From: Vicinamibacterales bacterium
GTDB lineage: Bacteria > Acidobacteriota > Vicinamibacteria > Vicinamibacterales > UBA8438
Assembly (NCBI GenBank): GCA_965246995.1
Contig: OZ252008.1
Location: forward strand, 772,671-836,670
Direction: 5' to 3'
DNA: 64,000 nucleotides
Each line of letters opens with the position of its first letter. Positions within the stretch are counted from its first letter, which is position 1. Shown here in pieces: positions 60,860 through 64,000 of this stretch. A program made the position numbers and the translations under genes. The notes beneath the pieces were generated by a model. The model was not told where the DNA came from. It saw only the letters and a program-made list of their open reading frames with translations, and made no database searches.

Positions 60860-63301
60860 ATGAGCGAGGGTCGACGCCCGACGCCGACGGCATCCGTCCA
60901 GACGCACCAGGTGCCGTCCGAGCTACCGGTGTTGCCGCTGCGCGACACGGTGCTCTTTCCGGGCGGCATCATGCCGCTCGCCGTGGGGCGTCCCCGTTCA
61001 GTCGAGCTGATCGAGAGCGCCCTCGAGGAGAGCCAGTTGATCGCCGTCTTCACCCAGCGTGACGCGGCGCTGGAGGAGCCAGGCCACGACGACCTCTATC
61101 GAATCGGCACCCTGGCGCAGGTCCACAAGATCTTCCCGTTGCCCGACGGCAGCTACCGGCTGTTCGTCGAGGGGATGGGACGACTTGCGCTCGACCGGCT
61201 GATCACCATCGAGCCGTTCCACCGCGCTGCCGTGCAAGGCGTCGAGGAGGTAGTGATCGAGGGTGACCGGGAGGCGATCGACGAGCTCGTCGCGACAGCC
61301 AGGAAACGGTTCGTCGAGGTCGTGGCGGTGTCACCGCATCTTTCCGATGACGTTCCGGCGTTCGTCGACAACATCGCGGAACCGGGCCGTCTGGCCGACG
61401 TTATCGGCTCCAGCCTCCGGACGATCGGGACCGACGACCAGCAGGCGCTGCTCGAAGACCTCGACGTTCGCGAGCGCTTGACCCGGCTCAACAAGCTCCT
61501 CGGGAAGGAGATCGAGATACTCGACATCCGCTCGACGATCCAGTCGCAGGTGCAGTCGGAGCTGGGCAAGAACCAGCGCGAGTACCTGCTGCGCCAGCAG
61601 ATGAAGGCGATCCAGAAGGAGTTGGGCGAGACGGACGATCAGGCCAGAGAGGTTGATGAGCTCCGCGAGAAGATCGAATCGGCGGGTATGCCGGAAGCGG
61701 TCGCTAAGGAAGCGCGGCGAGAGCTGGATCGGCTGTCGAAGATGCCGGTGGCGGCAGCGGAGTACACCGTCTCGCGCACCTACCTGGACTGGCTGATTTC
61801 GCTCCCCTGGAACGTCAGGAGCCAGGAGACGATCGATCTGCCGCGAACGAAGGAGACGCTTGACCGGGGGCACTCCGGTCTCGAGAAGGCGAAGGACCGG
61901 ATTCTGGAGTATCTGGCCGTTCGCAAGCTGAAGCCGGATATCAAGGGGCCGATCCTCTGCTTTGTCGGCCCACCCGGCGTCGGCAAGACTTCGCTCGCCA
62001 AGGGCATCGCCGAGTCCCTGGACCGGGAGGTGGTTCGCGTGTCACTCGGTGGCATGCGCGACGAAGCGGAAATCCGGGGCCACCGGCGTACCTACATCGG
62101 TGCGCTGCCGGGACAGGTCATCCGCGGGCTGCGACGGGCCGAGACGAAGAACCCGGTCTTCGTCCTCGACGAGATCGACAAACTCGGCATGGACTTCCGG
62201 GGCGACCCCGCCTCGGCGCTGCTCGAGGTTCTGGATCCGGAGCAGAACAACACCTTTCGTGACCACTACCTTGACGTCCCGTTCGACCTGTCGGAAGTGC
62301 TCTTCATTACGACGGCAAACATCCTCGATCCCGTTCCGCCACCACTGCTGGATCGGATGGAGGTGCTCGAACTGCCGGGTTATACCGAGGACGAGAAGCT
62401 CGCCATCGTGACCGAGCACCTGGTATCGCGGCAGGTGGAGAGACACGGCCTGACGGACTCGCAAATCACCTTCACCGAGCTGGCCTTCCGTGCGCTCATC
62501 CGCAACTACACGCGGGAAGCAGGCGTCCGGAATCTGGAACGGGAACTGGGCGCCCTCTGCAGGAAGATAGCGCGCCGACGCGTGGAGGGGGACGAGGCGA
62601 CTGTCTCGGTGACGCCGGAACTGCTGGCCGAGCTACTCGGCCCGCCGAAGTTCCAGGATGAGGAAGTGGCGGAACGGACGAAGCGTCCGGGCGTGGCGAC
62701 CGGTCTGGCGTGGACACCGGCCGGCGGCACCGTGCTGTTCGTCGAAGCAGCACGCATGTCCAACGGGAGTAGGCTGGAGTTGACGGGACAGCTGGGCGAT
62801 GTCATGAAGGAATCGGCCTCGGCCGCGGTTTCCTGGGTTCGGACGAATGCCGCCCGCTACCGGGTGGACCCCGACTTCTACGGGAACGGCGATATCCACA
62901 TCCATGTCCCGTCGGGAGCCATCCCGAAGGACGGTCCCTCCGCTGGCCTGACGATGGCGGTCGCGCTCGTCTCCGAGTTGACCGGCCGGCCGGTTCGTGG
63001 CGACATCGCGATGACGGGCGAGATTACCCTCTCCGGCCTGGTCCTCCCGGTTGGTGGTGTCAAGGAGAAGGTGCTTGCGGCGCGTCAACTCGGCATAGTT
63101 CGTGTGATCTTGCCGAAGCGGAACGAGCCGTACATCAACGAGGAAGTGGGCGACCAGTTGCGGCGCGAGATGGAGATTAACTACGTCTCGACGATTGACG
63201 AGGCGCTTGCCCTTGCACTCACCCCGGCCACGGCACCGCCTCCGCACGCGAGAAAGCCGAAGCTCACGGCCCCCGGCCCGGTTGCTGACACGCTTCAGTA
63301 A
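60860..63301 (+). CDS. lon: ATP-dependent Lon protease
   Basis: LON N-domain (LPVLPLRDTVLFPG), Walker A GPPGVGKTSLAK, VFVLDEIDK, and the protease site DGPSAGLTMAVALVS. Confidence 0.97.
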   Translation: MSEGRRPTPTASVQTHQVPSELPVLPLRDTVLFPGGIMPLAVGRPRSVELIESALEESQLIAVFTQRDAALEEPGHDDLYRIGTLAQVHKIFPLPDGSYRLFVEGMGRLALDRLITIEPFHRAAVQGVEEVVIEGDREAIDELVATARKRFVEVVAVSPHLSDDVPAFVDNIAEPGRLADVIGSSLRTIGTDDQQALLEDLDVRERLTRLNKLLGKEIEILDIRSTIQSQVQSELGKNQREYLLRQQMKAIQKELGETDDQAREVDELREKIESAGMPEAVAKEARRELDRLSKMPVAAAEYTVSRTYLDWLISLPWNVRSQETIDLPRTKETLDRGHSGLEKAKDRILEYLAVRKLKPDIKGPILCFVGPPGVGKTSLAKGIAESLDREVVRVSLGGMRDEAEIRGHRRTYIGALPGQVIRGLRRAETKNPVFVLDEIDKLGMDFRGDPASALLEVLDPEQNNTFRDHYLDVPFDLSEVLFITTANILDPVPPPLLDRMEVLELPGYTEDEKLAIVTEHLVSRQVERHGLTDSQITFTELAFRALIRNYTREAGVRNLERELGALCRKIARRRVEGDEATVSVTPELLAELLGPPKFQDEEVAERTKRPGVATGLAWTPAGGTVLFVEAARMSNGSRLELTGQLGDVMKESASAAVSWVRTNAARYRVDPDFYGNGDIHIHVPSGAIPKDGPSAGLTMAVALVSELTGRPVRGDIAMTGEITLSGLVLPVGGVKEKVLAARQLGIVRVILPKRNEPYINEEVGDQLRREMEINYVSTIDEALALALTPATAPPPHARKPKLTAPGPVADTLQ

Positions 63302-64000
63302 CCTTCGTTGCTGCTGTTTCGTTTCCCGCGCCGTTCCGTCTCGGTTCGCGTCGCCTCCAGTTCACGGAGATCGTCCACAATCCGTTGGAGGTCGTCCGGC
63401 AGGTCGGCGTCGAACGCCAGACGGCGGCCGTCGCGCGGATGCTTGAACGCCAGTCGCAGTGCATGGAGGAACGGCCGGTCGAGGCGCTGCACGATCCGGT
63501 GCGCGTCGCGAAGCACGGGCGGCACATGGCGCTTCCGCCCCCCGTAGGTTTGATCGCCCGCGATCGGGTGACCGATAGCGCTCAGGTGGACCCGGATCTG
63601 ATGCGTCCGGCCGGTGGCGATGGCGATTTCGGTTAGCGTCATGGCGGCAAGCGGTTCCGCCTTGGTGACGCGCGTCACCGCCTCACGCGCGCGGCGCGCG
63701 CGCGTCGAAATGCGCTTCCGGTCGATCGGGTCGCGGCCGATCGGGAGATCGATCCGTCGTCCCTGCCGAACCACGCCCCAGACGAGCGCGGAGTACGTCT
63801 TCTCTACCTCGCGGGCCTTGAACTGACGTCCCAGTTCGGCGTGCGCCGCGTCATGTTTTGCTACCACCATCAGCCCGGACGTACCCCGGTCCAGGCGGTG
63901 GACGATGCCGGGCCGAAGTTCGCCGCCGATGCCGCTGAGGTCGCGCACGTGGTGGAGCAGCGCGTTCACCAGTGTTCCCTCGGCGTGTCCGGCGCCCGGG
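63295..64000 (-). CDS. rluD: RluA/RluD-family pseudouridine synthase (N-terminus outside the window)
   Basis: Contains HRLDRGTSGLMVVAK, the YSALVWG..... pattern and TGRTHQIRVHLSAIGHPIAGDQTYGG. Its stop overlaps the convergent lon stop by 7 nt. Confidence 0.85.
   Translation of the reverse strand, partial: PGAGHAEGTLVNALLHHVRDLSGIGGELRPGIVHRLDRGTSGLMVVAKHDAAHAELGRQFKAREVEKTYSALVWGVVRQGRRIDLPIGRDPIDRKRISTRARRAREAVTRVTKAEPLAAMTLTEIAIATGRTHQIRVHLSAIGHPIAGDQTYGGRKRHVPPVLRDAHRIVQRLDRPFLHALRLAFKHPRDGRRLAFDADLPDDLQRIVDDLRELEATRTETERRGKRNSSNEGY

Overview
This is a visibly G+C-rich bacterial chromosome segment with a diderm gene set (LptD, TonB-ExbB-ExbD, a TonB-dependent receptor). By inference only, the lineage may be Acidobacteriota- or Gemmatimonadota-like. 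Almost all of the window is densely packed housekeeping DNA, and many neighbouring genes overlap by 4 nt. The genes are: ftsA'-ftsZ, an RNase H/AcpS fusion with a COG1579 zinc-ribbon gene, tRNA(CAU), rpoD, dnaG, mutS2, larB, a GT2 synthase, citrate synthase, lepA-lepB, a TonB-dependent receptor, yggS, dinG, glyA, rpiB, thiC, an M20 peptidase, htpX, an SDR epimerase, lptD, folC, a HEAT-cyclophilin fusion, a tandem YjbQ-like protein, ddl, tgt-yajC-secD-secF, uppP, DUF502, hppA, tonB-exbB-exbD-exbD-TPR, relA/spoT, ridA, rpmB, a DksA-like gene coupled to lon, and rluD'. I found no CRISPR array, rRNA, prophage or recognisable defence or toxin-antitoxin cassette. The non-core content is mobile DNA: two diverged IS1380-family copies, one IS1182-family element and one rve-type IS with a 5-bp target duplication. 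There is also a highly structured 166/184-nt palindromic MITE-like repeat that I do not recognise, present in two inverted copies plus a 13-nt terminal remnant. Every IS1380, IS1182 and MITE end is bounded by the tetranucleotide CTAG, and all sit at junctions of convergent genes. Two loci show serial insertion into the same CTAG. Secondary observations are unusual domain fusions (RNase H-AcpS, tandem YjbQ, HEAT-PPIase), an ~90-bp AT-rich island, near-consensus promoters with a possible small transcript upstream of tonB, and strong terminators directly abutting start codons. All calls come from reading the sequence and ORF translations by eye, and no database search was run.
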